Shown here piece by piece: positions 16,541 through 26,394 of a stretch of 64,000 bases of DNA (positions are counted from its first letter, which is position 1; the number at the start of each line of letters is the position of its first letter). The notes beneath the pieces are model-generated. The model did no database searches, was not told the DNA's origin, and saw nothing but the letters and a program-made list of their open reading frames with translations. This DNA comes from a virus. Its lineage: Duplodnaviria > Caudoviricetes. The DNA is taken from the IMG/VR virus record IMGVR_UViG_3300045391_006539. The stretch is one strand, 5' to 3'. Made by a program: the position numbers and the translations under genes.

Positions 16541-16832
16541 CCGCGTTCCAGAGCTGATGAAGAAAGCAGGTGAGGAGCCGACGGTCCGTGTCCTACATGG
16601 CAATCTCGACTATCTCTATGAACTCCGAGCAAAGTTACTCGAAGAAGTTCGCGAATATGAGACGAGCGGTTGGAAGAACGAGGAGCTCATAGATGTCATC
16701 GAAGTCGTAGATGCTCTGGAGAAACACGTCGATACGATGACTGGTGGGAGCCTCACTCGTCTGCGTGAGCAGAAACTCGCCGAGAAAGGCGGATTCGAGG
16801 AACGTCAATACCTGTTCCTCGGGGGTGGGTGA
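16521..16832 (+). CDS. MazG-like/PRA-PH-like nucleoside triphosphate pyrophosphohydrolase
   Basis: KLVRDRVPE...KLLEEVRE...ELIDVIEVV...KGGF; GTG after AAGGA. Confidence 0.75.
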   Translation: MGKLVRDRVPELMKKAGEEPTVRVLHGNLDYLYELRAKLLEEVREYETSGWKNEELIDVIEVVDALEKHVDTMTGGSLTRLREQKLAEKGGFEERQYLFLGGG

Positions 16833-16835
16833 CCA

Positions 16836-17008
16836 CTGCACGGGTGGGCACGATTGGCCATCACCGGATTCGTTTGGTAGCGTGGTGAGTCCGTGCCGCG
16901 TGGGCTGAACATGACGGTTCCGTTTTCGCACGACCTAGGGATTGGGTCGTTCGGGAGCGGACTACGCGCGTGCACGGAGCGGCGGGCCCAGACCGGGCCG
17001 TCGCTTTA
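16836..17008 (+). ncRNA. candidate structured RNA followed by a terminator-like hairpin
   Basis: TGCACG/CGTGCA closing stem; GGCACG/CGTGCC; ACCGGA-TTCG-TTTGGT; TCCGTTTTC/GGGAGCGGA; ACGACC/GGTCGT. Confidence 0.45.
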
Positions 17009-17033
17009 CTCCTACTGAGGGAAGAAGGTCACG

Positions 17034-17516
17034 ATGGACAAAGTGCGTTTGATGGAAGTGCTCAATGACTCGACGTGCCTCATCAGCAAAGGCGAGCGCA
17101 CGCAGCGCAAGTTGCCCGGCATCTCGATAATGCTCTGGGGACTACTGCTGTCAGCGTCAGACCCGCTCATCGACAAGTTCCAGCAAGTTGACTGTCACTT
17201 CATCACAGTGGGCGTCAATCCAGTACAAGCCGAAGCTCATCGCAAGGACTTCGTCGAACTGCTCGAGCAGTTTCCAGACATGAAGAGGATGGAAGATGGC
17301 CCGAGTTATAAGCACGTGGCCAGCGTCGTCGGCGACGACATGACGGCCCTGCGCATCTTCGGTCTCGGTCAGACTCTTGGGCTCTGGGACGTGCTGCTCC
17401 CTGCCCAATTCGGTGTCGACCCAGAACTCGTAGACGAGGCAGCAGACCTCGGACTCATCGTGACGACGGGCTACCAGGCGACGCTCGCTCAGCCCGTACA
17501 ATCGGCCGTCGGCTGA
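17034..17516 (+). CDS. conserved phage hypothetical protein
   Basis: VDCHF..VGV...GPSY..V...VGD..ALR.FGLG..LGLW pattern. Confidence 0.65.
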   Translation: MDKVRLMEVLNDSTCLISKGERTQRKLPGISIMLWGLLLSASDPLIDKFQQVDCHFITVGVNPVQAEAHRKDFVELLEQFPDMKRMEDGPSYKHVASVVGDDMTALRIFGLGQTLGLWDVLLPAQFGVDPELVDEAADLGLIVTTGYQATLAQPVQSAVG

Positions 17517-17567
17517 GCCGCCTACCAAATTGGTAGGATGCTGGGGGATAATCTCCAGCGAGGCAGC

Positions 17568-17804
17568 ATGCAGGTATTGGATTGTGGCTCGGTAACCTTC
17601 AGCCCGGACCAGGTGGCGGCTCTCGCCAAGGTCCTCGAGCTCGGGAGGAAGGTTGCCGAGCACCTGGGCGCCGATGCGGAGGATGCCGACGAGACGGCGC
17701 CAGAGGTGGCGTTGCTCGAGACCATCGATTTTCTCGATGATGTGCTCGGGGTCTCCTCACTGGAATTGACCGAAGAGCTGGAAAAGCGCAGGCGGCCCAT
17801 GTAG
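17568..17804 (+). CDS. small acidic protein
   Basis: promoter motif at 17526-17552; GAGG RBS. Confidence 0.5.
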   Translation: MQVLDCGSVTFSPDQVAALAKVLELGRKVAEHLGADAEDADETAPEVALLETIDFLDDVLGVSSLELTEELEKRRRPM

Positions 17805-17811
17805 AGTCTGT

Positions 17812-18038
17812 TCGGCTCACTCTCGTGAGGAGCCTCAATCTCATGGACGACAACTAGGCGGAAGGGACGCTGATTCTTCCTTCCGCAGCATGAGTGCCCA
17901 TGTCGTGGGCCTCAGCGGTTTCAGCACCGCTAGCCGGGTGTATGTCTCCCCCATACCGTCTCGCGCGGTCACTGTCACGGAGGCGGCTTTGCCAGCACTC
18001 GTAGTATGAGATTGAGGCTCCTCGTGGGAGTGAGCCGA
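17812..18038 (+). ncRNA. candidate multibranch ncRNA closed by a 33-bp stem
   Basis: IR 17812-17844/18006-18038 whose 3 non-WC positions are all G-U on +; four internal hairpins; no ORF. Confidence 0.6.
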
Positions 18039-18070
18039 CTGCCGCGAGCAGTCTTCGACGCGAGAGAGAA

Positions 18071-18526
18071 ATGGCTAGAACTCAAGAACAATGGAATGCG
18101 GTGATGAGCTCACCGCTGATGACGCGAGAAATCTACGAAGTCTTCTTCACCCTGTGGTCTTCCCCCACCAGCCTCACCAAGGCCGAGGTGGACGCAGCGT
18201 GCAAGCACTATAACTTCGTGAAGAACCAAGGAGCACCCTGGGAGAAGCAACTGCCGCTCATGCGGCAGATGGGTATCGTCAAGCAGGACAACAAGCGGCA
18301 CTGCTCAGTCAAGAACAAGCCCGAGACGACGTGGACCATCACTGATGCCACGACCCTCAAGAAGCCCAAGGTGGCCAAGCCCTCGGCGAAGAAGTTCGCA
18401 TTGGCCGTGGCTCAGCTCGACCAGCTCATCGCGTATCATGAGCGTGCACAGGACGGTGCCATCACAGCCGACTTGAAGAAGCTCGCCGATTGGGTACGCG
18501 ACAAGGTCCAGCCAGCAAAGCAGTAG
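18071..18526 (+). CDS. putative winged-helix DNA-binding protein
   Basis: basic; LT..EV...L...GIVK...R.C.V.....TTW pattern. Confidence 0.5.
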   Translation: MARTQEQWNAVMSSPLMTREIYEVFFTLWSSPTSLTKAEVDAACKHYNFVKNQGAPWEKQLPLMRQMGIVKQDNKRHCSVKNKPETTWTITDATTLKKPKVAKPSAKKFALAVAQLDQLIAYHERAQDGAITADLKKLADWVRDKVQPAKQ

Positions 18527-19083
18527 CGCCGCCGGCGTCGGGCGGAGCCACACGTCTCGAGGCCTTCCTCACCATCCTCTCGGCCATGCTCGGTGGGGTA
18601 TCGGCTGGATTTATCTATCACTACGCGACCGAGAAGCCATACACACCACTTCGATTGGAGTGTGCTCCCTGTCCAGAGCCAGCGTGTCCCGAACCCATCA
18701 CTGATGTGGTCGTCGTGGAGGACGCTGGCGTGGGCTGGGTGCCCCTCGAGAAGCTCGAGTACATGGAGGGGCCCTGGAGGACCGAGGATGGCACCGTGCT
18801 CGTCTCGGTGGGCGACAGGGGCAAGGACACCCCGCTCTGGCGGCTGACCGTGGAGTGGGTGGATGGCCACAGCGTCGTCTGCTCGATGTACGAGGCGCTC
18901 CAGTACTCGGAGCCGCCGACCGAGGTGTTGCCATGGCGCCTCGGGTACTGCCGGGGACGGGAGCTAGACCCGAGCGGACCTGCCCTCGCGACCCGTGTGA
19001 CCATCCTGCGGGCGCCGGGGCAGGCCTATCTACGCATCATCCTTGGACGTGAGCTCGACGCGGACGTCTACCAAGTTCAGTGA
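18490..19083 (+). CDS. membrane-anchored hypothetical protein
   Basis: TM helix plus CAPCPEPACP linker; start uncertain. Confidence 0.5.
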   Translation: MGTRQGPASKAVAPPASGGATRLEAFLTILSAMLGGVSAGFIYHYATEKPYTPLRLECAPCPEPACPEPITDVVVVEDAGVGWVPLEKLEYMEGPWRTEDGTVLVSVGDRGKDTPLWRLTVEWVDGHSVVCSMYEALQYSEPPTEVLPWRLGYCRGRELDPSGPALATRVTILRAPGQAYLRIILGRELDADVYQVQ

Positions 19084-19587
19084 AAGGAGAATTTGCATGG
19101 CGAAGTACGACATCATGCTGGTCGATGGCAAGCACCATCGTCTTCAGGGGGACTACAAGGTGCGAGTGAACTTGTCCGAGCTCGGACTGGGTGAGCTCGA
19201 GCGACTCCAGGCTGGTATAGAGTCGGAGCTCTACCGCCGAGAGCGGCAGGATATGGATGAACGCTGCTGGCTCGTTCCAGCGGATGCAGTGGAGGTATTC
19301 CTTGTCAGAGACAGCAAAGACCCTGAACTTGCTCGAGAGAACCTGGTGTGTTTACGAGGGAGAGCACTCGGTGGGGAGGTGGCACGCGGTGCTGGGCAAT
19401 CACGACCCGGACCATCTGACCAAGGGAGTGACCCAGAGGTTGTGTGACCAGCGCGTCATAGACTATACCTTCGTGAGGCAGAGTTCAGGCACCACACCTT
19501 TTGGCTCGGTCAAGTCGGATTGTCCCGACTGCGTTCGCATCAAGAAACTGATGCTCGAGCTCTTGCCCATCTACCCGGAGGTTGGCG

Positions 19588-20322
19588 ATGAGCGAAGAGA
19601 AGACGATACGACTCGAGGTGACGGACCATGTGGTGATGGCGGGGACGACAGTCCTGGGCAGGACGACCACGAGCTACCCGCCGTCGCTGAGTGACAAGGA
19701 GTTCTTCGGGACTCTGTGTGCCGAAGTCGGGGAGTGGTCCCAGAGGAACTTTGGTGACCAGCTGCCGCATCGGCCCCTGCTCGGCATCATCGAGGAGCTC
19801 ACCGAGCTCTCCGACGCCTACACCATGCTCGACCGCGGGCAGATACTCGACGCCGTTGGTGACGTCACCATCTACCTCGCGGACTACTACCATCGACGAG
19901 GTTGGGACCTCGTGGAGCCCTGGGAGAAATACACGAAGAGTGCGTCGGCGATGGACATCACCACCAATGGCCTCATCCGGAACTTCTCGCACAGTCATCT
20001 CAAGGGTGAGCAAGGCATTCGAGGTGGCTCCGAGGTGCACGACGCCGTCTTGAGGGAGACGACGACGCGGCTCTTCATGTTCCTGTCGCGCATCTGCAAA
20101 GCCTGCGACGTCAACTACCAGCTCATCGTGCTGCAGACCTGGATGCGTGTCTCGAAGCGCGATTGGGTCAACCTCCCAGACACGGCGCACGTGGAGGCCG
20201 AGCGCGGCGATACCCTGCGAGCAGGCTACCCGTCGCCGTTCACCGAGTCGCGAGACACCATCCCAGACATGAAGATGAAGCAAATCGACTATGAAGTGGG
20301 AGACGAAGAGCATGAGTTCTGA
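19588..20322 (+). CDS. MazG-like nucleotide pyrophosphohydrolase
   Basis: EWSQRNF...IIEELTELSDA...ILDAVGDVTIYL; GGAGG RBS. Confidence 0.65.
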   Translation: MSEEKTIRLEVTDHVVMAGTTVLGRTTTSYPPSLSDKEFFGTLCAEVGEWSQRNFGDQLPHRPLLGIIEELTELSDAYTMLDRGQILDAVGDVTIYLADYYHRRGWDLVEPWEKYTKSASAMDITTNGLIRNFSHSHLKGEQGIRGGSEVHDAVLRETTTRLFMFLSRICKACDVNYQLIVLQTWMRVSKRDWVNLPDTAHVEAERGDTLRAGYPSPFTESRDTIPDMKMKQIDYEVGDEEHEF

Positions 20323-20529
20323 GGGTGACGAACCATTTGAATACGACGAACAAGTCATCTGTGTGCATGACTCGGGCGAAGCGCTCAAGGTGACCCCGGT
20401 TCATCTCCACAAGCCCATCCCTTTCTGGGTCCCGAAGTCCGTCATCCATGACGACTCGGAGGTCTACGAGAAGGGTGGCGAGGGCAAACTGGTCGTGAAG
20501 ACTTGGTGGGCCCAGAAGGAATGGGGCTG

Positions 20530-21144
20530 ATGGCCATCCTCACCAGTCACGAGATTCGGGCTCAGGTCGATGCTGGCAACATCAAGGTCGACCCGTACGT
20601 CGAGGCCAACGTCCAGCAAAACAGCCTGGACGTGACGCTGGGTACGGAGGTCTGCGTCTACAGCGATGTCGTGATGCTGGAGGCCAGCTCGAAGCCCCGT
20701 GCAGCGCTGAGCTCCCATGAGCTCAGCAGACTCATCATCCCGTGGGTTGGTTACCTCGACGCCAAGAAGAAGAACACCACCTACGCGTTCTCGATGGACG
20801 AGTCAGGCTGGCTCGTGAAGCCAGGGTTTCTCTACCTGATGCACGTCAACGAGGTGCTCTGTGCGCCTCACTACGTCATGACGCTCGATGGGCGGAGCTC
20901 ACTCGCGCGGCTCGGGCTCATCGTGCACTTCACGGCGGGGCACGCGGAGACGGGCTTCCACGGTCAATACACGATGGAGGTGAGTGCGATGCACCCGCTC
21001 CGCATCTATCCCGGTATGCGCATCGCCCAGGTCATCTTTCAGACGGTGAGGGGTGAGGTCGAAGACTACAAGGAGCGCGGGAACTATGTGCGTGAGCTCG
21101 CGCTCGGTGCACAGCCCTCGCGTTCCTGGAGGCAGTTCGAATGA
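20530..21144 (+). CDS. dcd: dCTP deaminase
   Basis: QQNSLDVTLG; DGRSSLARLGL; AGHAETGFHGQYTME; YPGMRIAQ; Y..RGNY. Confidence 0.9.
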   Translation: MAILTSHEIRAQVDAGNIKVDPYVEANVQQNSLDVTLGTEVCVYSDVVMLEASSKPRAALSSHELSRLIIPWVGYLDAKKKNTTYAFSMDESGWLVKPGFLYLMHVNEVLCAPHYVMTLDGRSSLARLGLIVHFTAGHAETGFHGQYTMEVSAMHPLRIYPGMRIAQVIFQTVRGEVEDYKERGNYVRELALGAQPSRSWRQFE

Positions 21145-21377
21145 TTGTGAACGTCTGGCTCATCTATAAGGCAGGTGAGCCACGGGTCTATTCCTGGACG
21201 GTGGAACCCAGCCGCGAGCAAAAGACTGCGTTCTTGCAGCAGGGTTTCACCATCTTTCGCGCCAACATCGACTTGCCCATCGACCTCGAGACGCCGGTCG
21301 TGACTGGGTATGTGCATCAGATGGAGCGTTTCTATGGAGGAGAGTTTGGTGGAGTCATCGAGTCAGAATCCGGATGA
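21141..21377 (+). CDS. hypothetical phage protein
   Basis: ATGA coupling with dcd. Confidence 0.5.
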   Translation: MIVNVWLIYKAGEPRVYSWTVEPSREQKTAFLQQGFTIFRANIDLPIDLETPVVTGYVHQMERFYGGEFGGVIESESG

Positions 21378-21672
21378 CAAGCTCTGGTGGGTGGCCTTTC
21401 ACAATCGCACGGTCTTCATCGTCTGGGCGCCGACGGCCGAGCTCGCCAACGAGCGGGCGCAGGAGCAGTCCGACCAGGTCGGCATCGATGCGAATGTTTA
21501 TGACATCGAGCGCTTGGACTATGAAGATTTCGGCAAGCATGCGGGCCGTCTCATCTGGGAGTCGGAGGCACGCAGTCTCTTCGATGCAATCACCCCAGCG
21601 GAGTTCGAAATGGGCCAGCCTGCGTTAGACTTGGAGCATGACCCCGACAATCACCCAGAAGGAGCTGACTGA
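21310..21672 (+). CDS. acidic hypothetical protein
   Basis: ORF in + run; start uncertain. Confidence 0.45.
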   Translation: MCIRWSVSMEESLVESSSQNPDDKLWWVAFHNRTVFIVWAPTAELANERAQEQSDQVGIDANVYDIERLDYEDFGKHAGRLIWESEARSLFDAITPAEFEMGQPALDLEHDPDNHPEGAD

Positions 21673-21839
21673 TGTGTTTCAACTCCTTGATGAGCAGCCG
21701 TCCCCGGTGCGGAAGGCCACACGTGCCCGCCATTGCGAAGATGGTGTGACGGAATTGGTCGATTCCCAGGGTATGTCAGTCAGGCTCATGCCCACCGAGG
21801 ACTGGGAAGCGATGGTTCGTTGGCAGGAGTATCAAACCC

Positions 21840-22172
21840 ATGACGACTGAGCAGGAAAAAGCCGCCAACGACTCTGGTCAGTCCAAGAACATTCGTGAGC
21901 GCGAGGCACTCAGTAATGCCTACGCAGCGTTGCTCGGCCAGCAGACGACGCAGGCCTGGACTGCTTTCACGTTCGAGGAGGCGGTCGACGCCCAAGTCGA
22001 ATCTATCGAGGGCCCATCGACCGACAAACGACCGAATCTCCTCGAGCGTGTCGACAAAATCGAGCAAGAGTGCCTCGCCGCCATCAAGACGTTGCGAGTT
22101 ACCCCACCCGAACAGTTCCGGGAACCCGACCCGGACCAAGACGTGAACACCGAACGAGAGGCAGATGATTGA
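21840..22172 (+). CDS. hypothetical phage protein
   Basis: AGGAG RBS. Confidence 0.5.
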   Translation: MTTEQEKAANDSGQSKNIREREALSNAYAALLGQQTTQAWTAFTFEEAVDAQVESIEGPSTDKRPNLLERVDKIEQECLAAIKTLRVTPPEQFREPDPDQDVNTEREADD

Positions 22173-22557
22173 GGTAGACCCAATAGACCTGGACGCCCTC
22201 ACCAGTAACTCACTGGCATTGACCAATGGTAGAACGTATCGACAGGTGCTCGTCGATGCGCGGACGCTCATTGGCAAGCACGAGAACTGGACTCAGGGGG
22301 CTTTCGCTCGCGACCCGCGTGGCGGAGGCGTTCGACCCAAAGACCCTGGTGCGTGCTGCTGGTGCCTACTCGGCGCCGTCGCCGTATCCAGCAATCCCTT
22401 TGGACTCATCCCACCGCCACTCATGCAGTACCTCGACCACTACATGCACGAGCTCTATGGGGATAGGTTCTCGAATCTCGGAGAGATGAACGACTATATA
22501 GACCATGAGGGCACGTTGCGTTTCCTCGACGGAGCGCTCGCCCGCTTCCAGCAGTAA
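22165..22557 (+). CDS. DUF6197-like phage protein
   Basis: WTQG..ARD...CWCLLGA...ND...H pattern, family recognised from memory. Confidence 0.55.
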   Translation: MIEVDPIDLDALTSNSLALTNGRTYRQVLVDARTLIGKHENWTQGAFARDPRGGGVRPKDPGACCWCLLGAVAVSSNPFGLIPPPLMQYLDHYMHELYGDRFSNLGEMNDYIDHEGTLRFLDGALARFQQ

Positions 22558-22577
22558 CGCGTTCGTATGCTGGAGGC

Positions 22578-23189
22578 ATGGTTGCCTCCATCTCCACGTT
22601 TCAAGCAGACCCGCTTCATCTCGACCACCTCGGCAAGCGCCTGAAGGTCGACAATGTGCTCGGCCAGGTGACGAGGTGGTCGATTGACTTCGAGACTCTA
22701 TCCCTCGAGCGCCGGCTTGTCATTCGCAAGGGCCAGCAATTCATCGGGCTCGTCGAAGACCCGCCGGGGAGCAACGACGACCCCGAGGGCATCATCGATG
22801 GCTGGCTCAGGGACGCCGGCGCACGTGAGGGAGACCCGTGGTGTGCCTCTGCAGCGAGCGCCTGGCTCTCCGTCGTCAAACCGGTGCGCATCCCCGGCGC
22901 GCTGAACCTGATTCGGCACTTCCCGCAAGTCGACAGTCCCTGGGTGGGAGACGTCTGCGGCTACCCCACCAACGACAAGGGCAACGGGCACGTCTTCCTG
23001 GTGCTCGGGGTAGACTCAGTTCGCAGGGAAATCATGACGCTCGAGGGCAACTGCAACAACGAGTGCCAGGTCGTCCGCCGCCCGTGGACTGCGGGTCTGC
23101 TCTTCGGTCGGACTTTCAACGAGACCCGTGGTACTCGTCCGGGCGTCATCTCCAGCGTCCCATTACTCATCGGGGGTGGCACGAGGTAA
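22578..23189 (+). CDS. CHAP-like cell-wall hydrolase
   Basis: EDPPGSN; PWCASAASAW; GHVFLV; TLEGN (Cys/His catalytic pattern). Confidence 0.75.
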   Translation: MVASISTFQADPLHLDHLGKRLKVDNVLGQVTRWSIDFETLSLERRLVIRKGQQFIGLVEDPPGSNDDPEGIIDGWLRDAGAREGDPWCASAASAWLSVVKPVRIPGALNLIRHFPQVDSPWVGDVCGYPTNDKGNGHVFLVLGVDSVRREIMTLEGNCNNECQVVRRPWTAGLLFGRTFNETRGTRPGVISSVPLLIGGGTR

Positions 23190-23502
23190 TACATGACTAT
23201 CCCTCCCGTCCGAAGCCGCGGTGTCTACACCCTAAATGGCGAGAAGCTGCCCAATAGTACGCTCGAGCGCATTCGAACCCATGCGCAGGAGTACGAGGAA
23301 CGTCTGCGGCTTCTGCGGCTCGAGCACACGTTCAAGGTCAACACCATCGCCACCGAGATGCTCGAGGTCTACAAGGACTATGTGGGTCTACTCGAGAATC
23401 GAGTCCAGGAGCTCGAGGCTCAGCTCGCAAGGTCAGGGAGGTGGGTGCCGCCCGTTTCTGGGTCTACGAGTCCACCCGAATTGATGAGAAGGAGCCGCGC
23501 CA

Positions 23503-23931
23503 ATGAATCTGTGGCACACGAAGGAGGAGGAACCGGAGCGAATGCTGAGTCTGAACCAGGCCGTGCAGATGCTGGCGAAGCCCAAGCCGAACAAGCTCCT
23601 GCAGGAGACCGTCCAGGTTCTGAAGGAGGACCTGAGGGAGGTGGTGGCGGAGAGGGACGCACTGCGCCAGAAGGCGCTGAGTCACGATAAGCTGGTGGCG
23701 CAGCTCACACGCGAACGGCAGGCTGCCTACGCGAACAATGACGCCCTCATCGAGGCCGTGTTCCTGCTCGCGGAGTGCGTCACCAACGACAACTATGAGG
23801 GCAGGACGTGTCGAGAACGCGTCCGGAAGTTGCTCGAAGCCCAGGGCATTCCGCCGCCATCTACGCTCGGTAGTTCGAGAAATCGACCCAAGAGGGGCAA
23901 GCGACTGCCGCCAACGCCGGAATCTACTTGA
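23503..23931 (+). CDS. coiled-coil hypothetical protein
   Basis: AAGGAG RBS; followed by a terminator. Confidence 0.55.
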   Translation: MNLWHTKEEEPERMLSLNQAVQMLAKPKPNKLLQETVQVLKEDLREVVAERDALRQKALSHDKLVAQLTRERQAAYANNDALIEAVFLLAECVTNDNYEGRTCRERVRKLLEAQGIPPPSTLGSSRNRPKRGKRLPPTPEST

Positions 23932-24068
23932 CGACTAGTTCTCGGGTGACCATGGTAGTTCCCGACGCTTCCCTCAGGAGCACTCTACACGGCCCGGTCG
24001 CTCAATCCCTGAAGGCGACCGGGTCGAACGCTTTTTAGCCCTGAATTCGGGTTGCTAGACTGGGGCTC

Positions 24069-24722
24069 GTGGCCGTCGATTTTCAGACCATCTCGCCGCA
24101 GGAGCTCGTTCAGCTCAACCAGGTTCGGGTTCTGCCCGGTCCGCCGCGCTCCGTGCTGGTGCTGGGCGAGGACTTCCGCTCCGTCGACGAGGTGCTCATC
24201 AACCAGGTGCCGTCCCCGGACGTGGTCGTCCTCGACAAGAACCGGCTGATGGCGCAGGTCCCAGCCTTCGGCCAGCTCGACCGGGTGCACACGGTGCAGG
24301 TCCTGTCCAAGAAGTTGGTGCTCTCCGAGCGCAGCCAGCTCAAGGTGCGGATTGGTCGTACCCCGGGGCGGGTGACGGGCATCCTGCGCCTCATGCAGCT
24401 CTTCATCAAGCTGCTCTTCACCACTCCGGGCCGGGACATCTTCAGCCCCCGCCTCGGCGGCGGCGCGCTGAAGAACGTGGGCGCCACCTTTGGCTCGAGT
24501 CAGGGCGGTGACATCGTCAACGACTTCGTCATCGCGGTCGACAACACCAGCCGGCAAATCATCGCCATTCAGGGGCGTGACCCGTCCATCCCACGCGATG
24601 AGCGTCTGCTCGGAGCGCGCGTGCTCAAGGCCCAGTTCAACAAGGGCATGGGCGGCATCGATGCCGTCATCCAGCTCACCAGTCAGGCGGGCAAGGAAGC
24701 GACGACGACCGTGGGTTTATGA
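24069..24722 (+). CDS. putative baseplate wedge (gp25-like) protein
   Basis: Q.FIK.LFTTPG.D.F.P..GG...DERL pattern; upstream of the baseplate J-like gene. Confidence 0.55.
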   Translation: MAVDFQTISPQELVQLNQVRVLPGPPRSVLVLGEDFRSVDEVLINQVPSPDVVVLDKNRLMAQVPAFGQLDRVHTVQVLSKKLVLSERSQLKVRIGRTPGRVTGILRLMQLFIKLLFTTPGRDIFSPRLGGGALKNVGATFGSSQGGDIVNDFVIAVDNTSRQIIAIQGRDPSIPRDERLLGARVLKAQFNKGMGGIDAVIQLTSQAGKEATTTVGL

Positions 24723-24759
24723 GGGGCTAGAGAAAGACCTTTCGTGGTCTTTCCGGGAC

Positions 24760-24993
24760 TCAGTCCCGTGTGCTCGCGTTCACGGCGGCTTCGACTGCGT
24801 CCCAGCCATCGAGGATGCGTTCGATGGCCTCGTCGAGTTTCTTCTCCTCCTCGACGAAGGCGCCGAGATGTGGGGCAGCTGCTGCACGCTTGTCGTCGTT
24901 CTTGAGTCGAAGACTGTAGCGCATGCGGGCGAGCGCCACGGCGCCGCGCGCCCGCATCAGCGCGCGGATGGCTTCGTCCATCTCTTCGTTCAT
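24760..24993 (-). CDS. hypothetical protein (minus-strand cassette)
   Basis: GGAGG RBS; followed by hairpin+CTAGCCCC. Confidence 0.55.
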   Translation of the reverse strand: MNEEMDEAIRALMRARGAVALARMRYSLRLKNDDKRAAAAPHLGAFVEEEKKLDEAIERILDGWDAVEAAVNASTRD

Positions 24994-25334
24994 CGTCCCT
25001 CCTTCTTTCGTTTGATTTCTTCTTGCCAGTCCATGAACGTCTTGATGTCCAGTGCGATGCTTCGGAAGTCTTGCTTGAAGCTCGAGGTGGAGAGCTGGTC
25101 ATCACGCTCGAGGCTGTAGAGCATCAGGTTGAGCGCATCTAGCTTCTCCTTCGTCCTATCCATTGCCGCTTTCTGCTCCACAGTGTAGTCCGGGCTCAGC
25201 TTCTCGGCAGCGAGGCGAATGAAAAGCCGTGTGTTGGTGCGACGGGCGGCGAGCAGTGCCTCGTTTTCGAGCACTGGTCCGTTGTTGTCAGACACCGAAG
25301 ACTCCGAAGACGTGCAAGCCAGTAGCGACTGCAC
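24990..25334 (-). CDS. hypothetical protein, possibly a lipoprotein
   Basis: LLAC-like motif near the N-terminus; start uncertain. Confidence 0.45.
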   Translation of the reverse strand: MQSLLACTSSESSVSDNNGPVLENEALLAARRTNTRLFIRLAAEKLSPDYTVEQKAAMDRTKEKLDALNLMLYSLERDDQLSTSSFKQDFRSIALDIKTFMDWQEEIKRKKEGR

Positions 25335-25384
25335 AGAGCACGAGCGTGACGAATGCGTGGTATTTGAGGCTGTTTTTGTCCATG

Positions 25385-25705
25385 TCAGACGGCCTTTTCG
25401 AGGTGCATGGTGGAGCGCACGGCATTTACCGGTGCACCTTCCGGGAATGTGTCGAGGGTTGCCGAGACCTTGACGAGGTCGTTGATGATGAGCTCCCTCG
25501 ACGATTCGTCGTTCTGTAGGTCCTCGTCTGTCTCGAAGAGGAAGATGAGCTCGGCGGTGCCGCCGAGGAAGGTCAGGCAGTCCTCGCGAAGTTTCTTTTG
25601 CTTGTCCGTCAGGGTGAGGCGCCGAGCGCGTTGGATGCGGGTGAAGAGGCGAGCGATTTCCTCGCGAGCGGTGGTGAGTGTGATTGTCTTGTTGATGATG
25701 AGCAT
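25385..25705 (-). CDS. hypothetical protein
   Basis: own promoter motif at 25730-25756; AAGGA RBS. Confidence 0.6.
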   Translation of the reverse strand: MLIINKTITLTTAREEIARLFTRIQRARRLTLTDKQKKLREDCLTFLGGTAELIFLFETDEDLQNDESSRELIINDLVKVSATLDTFPEGAPVNAVRSTMHLEKAV

Positions 25706-25800
25706 GTAGTTGTCCTTCTTTCCATCTCTGTTATTCCCGAATCGGGCATGGAATTGAGGGACTAGAGAAGAGCACCCAGGGATGGTGCTCTTCAGGACCG

Positions 25801-26394
25801 TCAGTTCGGGAGGTTGCGGACCTCCTTGGTGTAGCGGTGCAGGGAAAGTGTCTGTCCAGCTGCAGAGGCCTGAGCTCGTAATGGTTGGGCGAGCTCTGCT
25901 TTCTCTGCCTCTAGTCGGCTGAGGCGCTCTTCCATCTTGGCGTTCTGTTCCTCGAGCTTGTCGTAGTGAATCTTGAGCGCCATGTATTCCTCACGACTGA
26001 CCATGCTCTCACGAGTCTGCTGGATGATGAATGCGAAGTAGGACTGGTTCAGGTTGATGGCTTGTTCGCTTTGCACGTGTGCTGAGAGATAGAGAAAGTC
26101 AGCATCTGTTAGCAGACGCACGTCGGACCTGGTGTATTTGAGACCTAGTGCCTCTTTGAGGTCCTTGAGGAAATTGGGGGACATTTTGTCTCTCAATTTC
26201 GTAGAGGGACAAGATGTCCCTGTTGCCCACTTCGAGAGCCCGGCGGCATGCCGAGTTACTTGTCTTCTCAACGTCTGCTCAGAGCAACCGAGTGCTCCCG
26301 CTGCTCCCTTCATCGCTATGAGCCGTGTTCCCTCGTCGAGCTTGGCCATGGGAAGGGGAATCCCACTCGGTAGTGTCCAAACGATGCGGTCCAT
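25801..26394 (-). CDS. antirepressor-like DNA-binding protein with coiled-coil tail
   Basis: HTH-like AAGALGCSEQTLRRQ; ASAAG..L tail. Confidence 0.55.
   Translation of the reverse strand: MDRIVWTLPSGIPLPMAKLDEGTRLIAMKGAAGALGCSEQTLRRQVTRHAAGLSKWATGTSCPSTKLRDKMSPNFLKDLKEALGLKYTRSDVRLLTDADFLYLSAHVQSEQAINLNQSYFAFIIQQTRESMVSREEYMALKIHYDKLEEQNAKMEERLSRLEAEKAELAQPLRAQASAAGQTLSLHRYTKEVRNLPN

Noticed and set aside
17812-18038. Retron msr-msd or MITE
   Set aside because: No reverse transcriptase or transposase in the window, and the G-U-only deviations favour an RNA helix. Kept as an ncRNA candidate.
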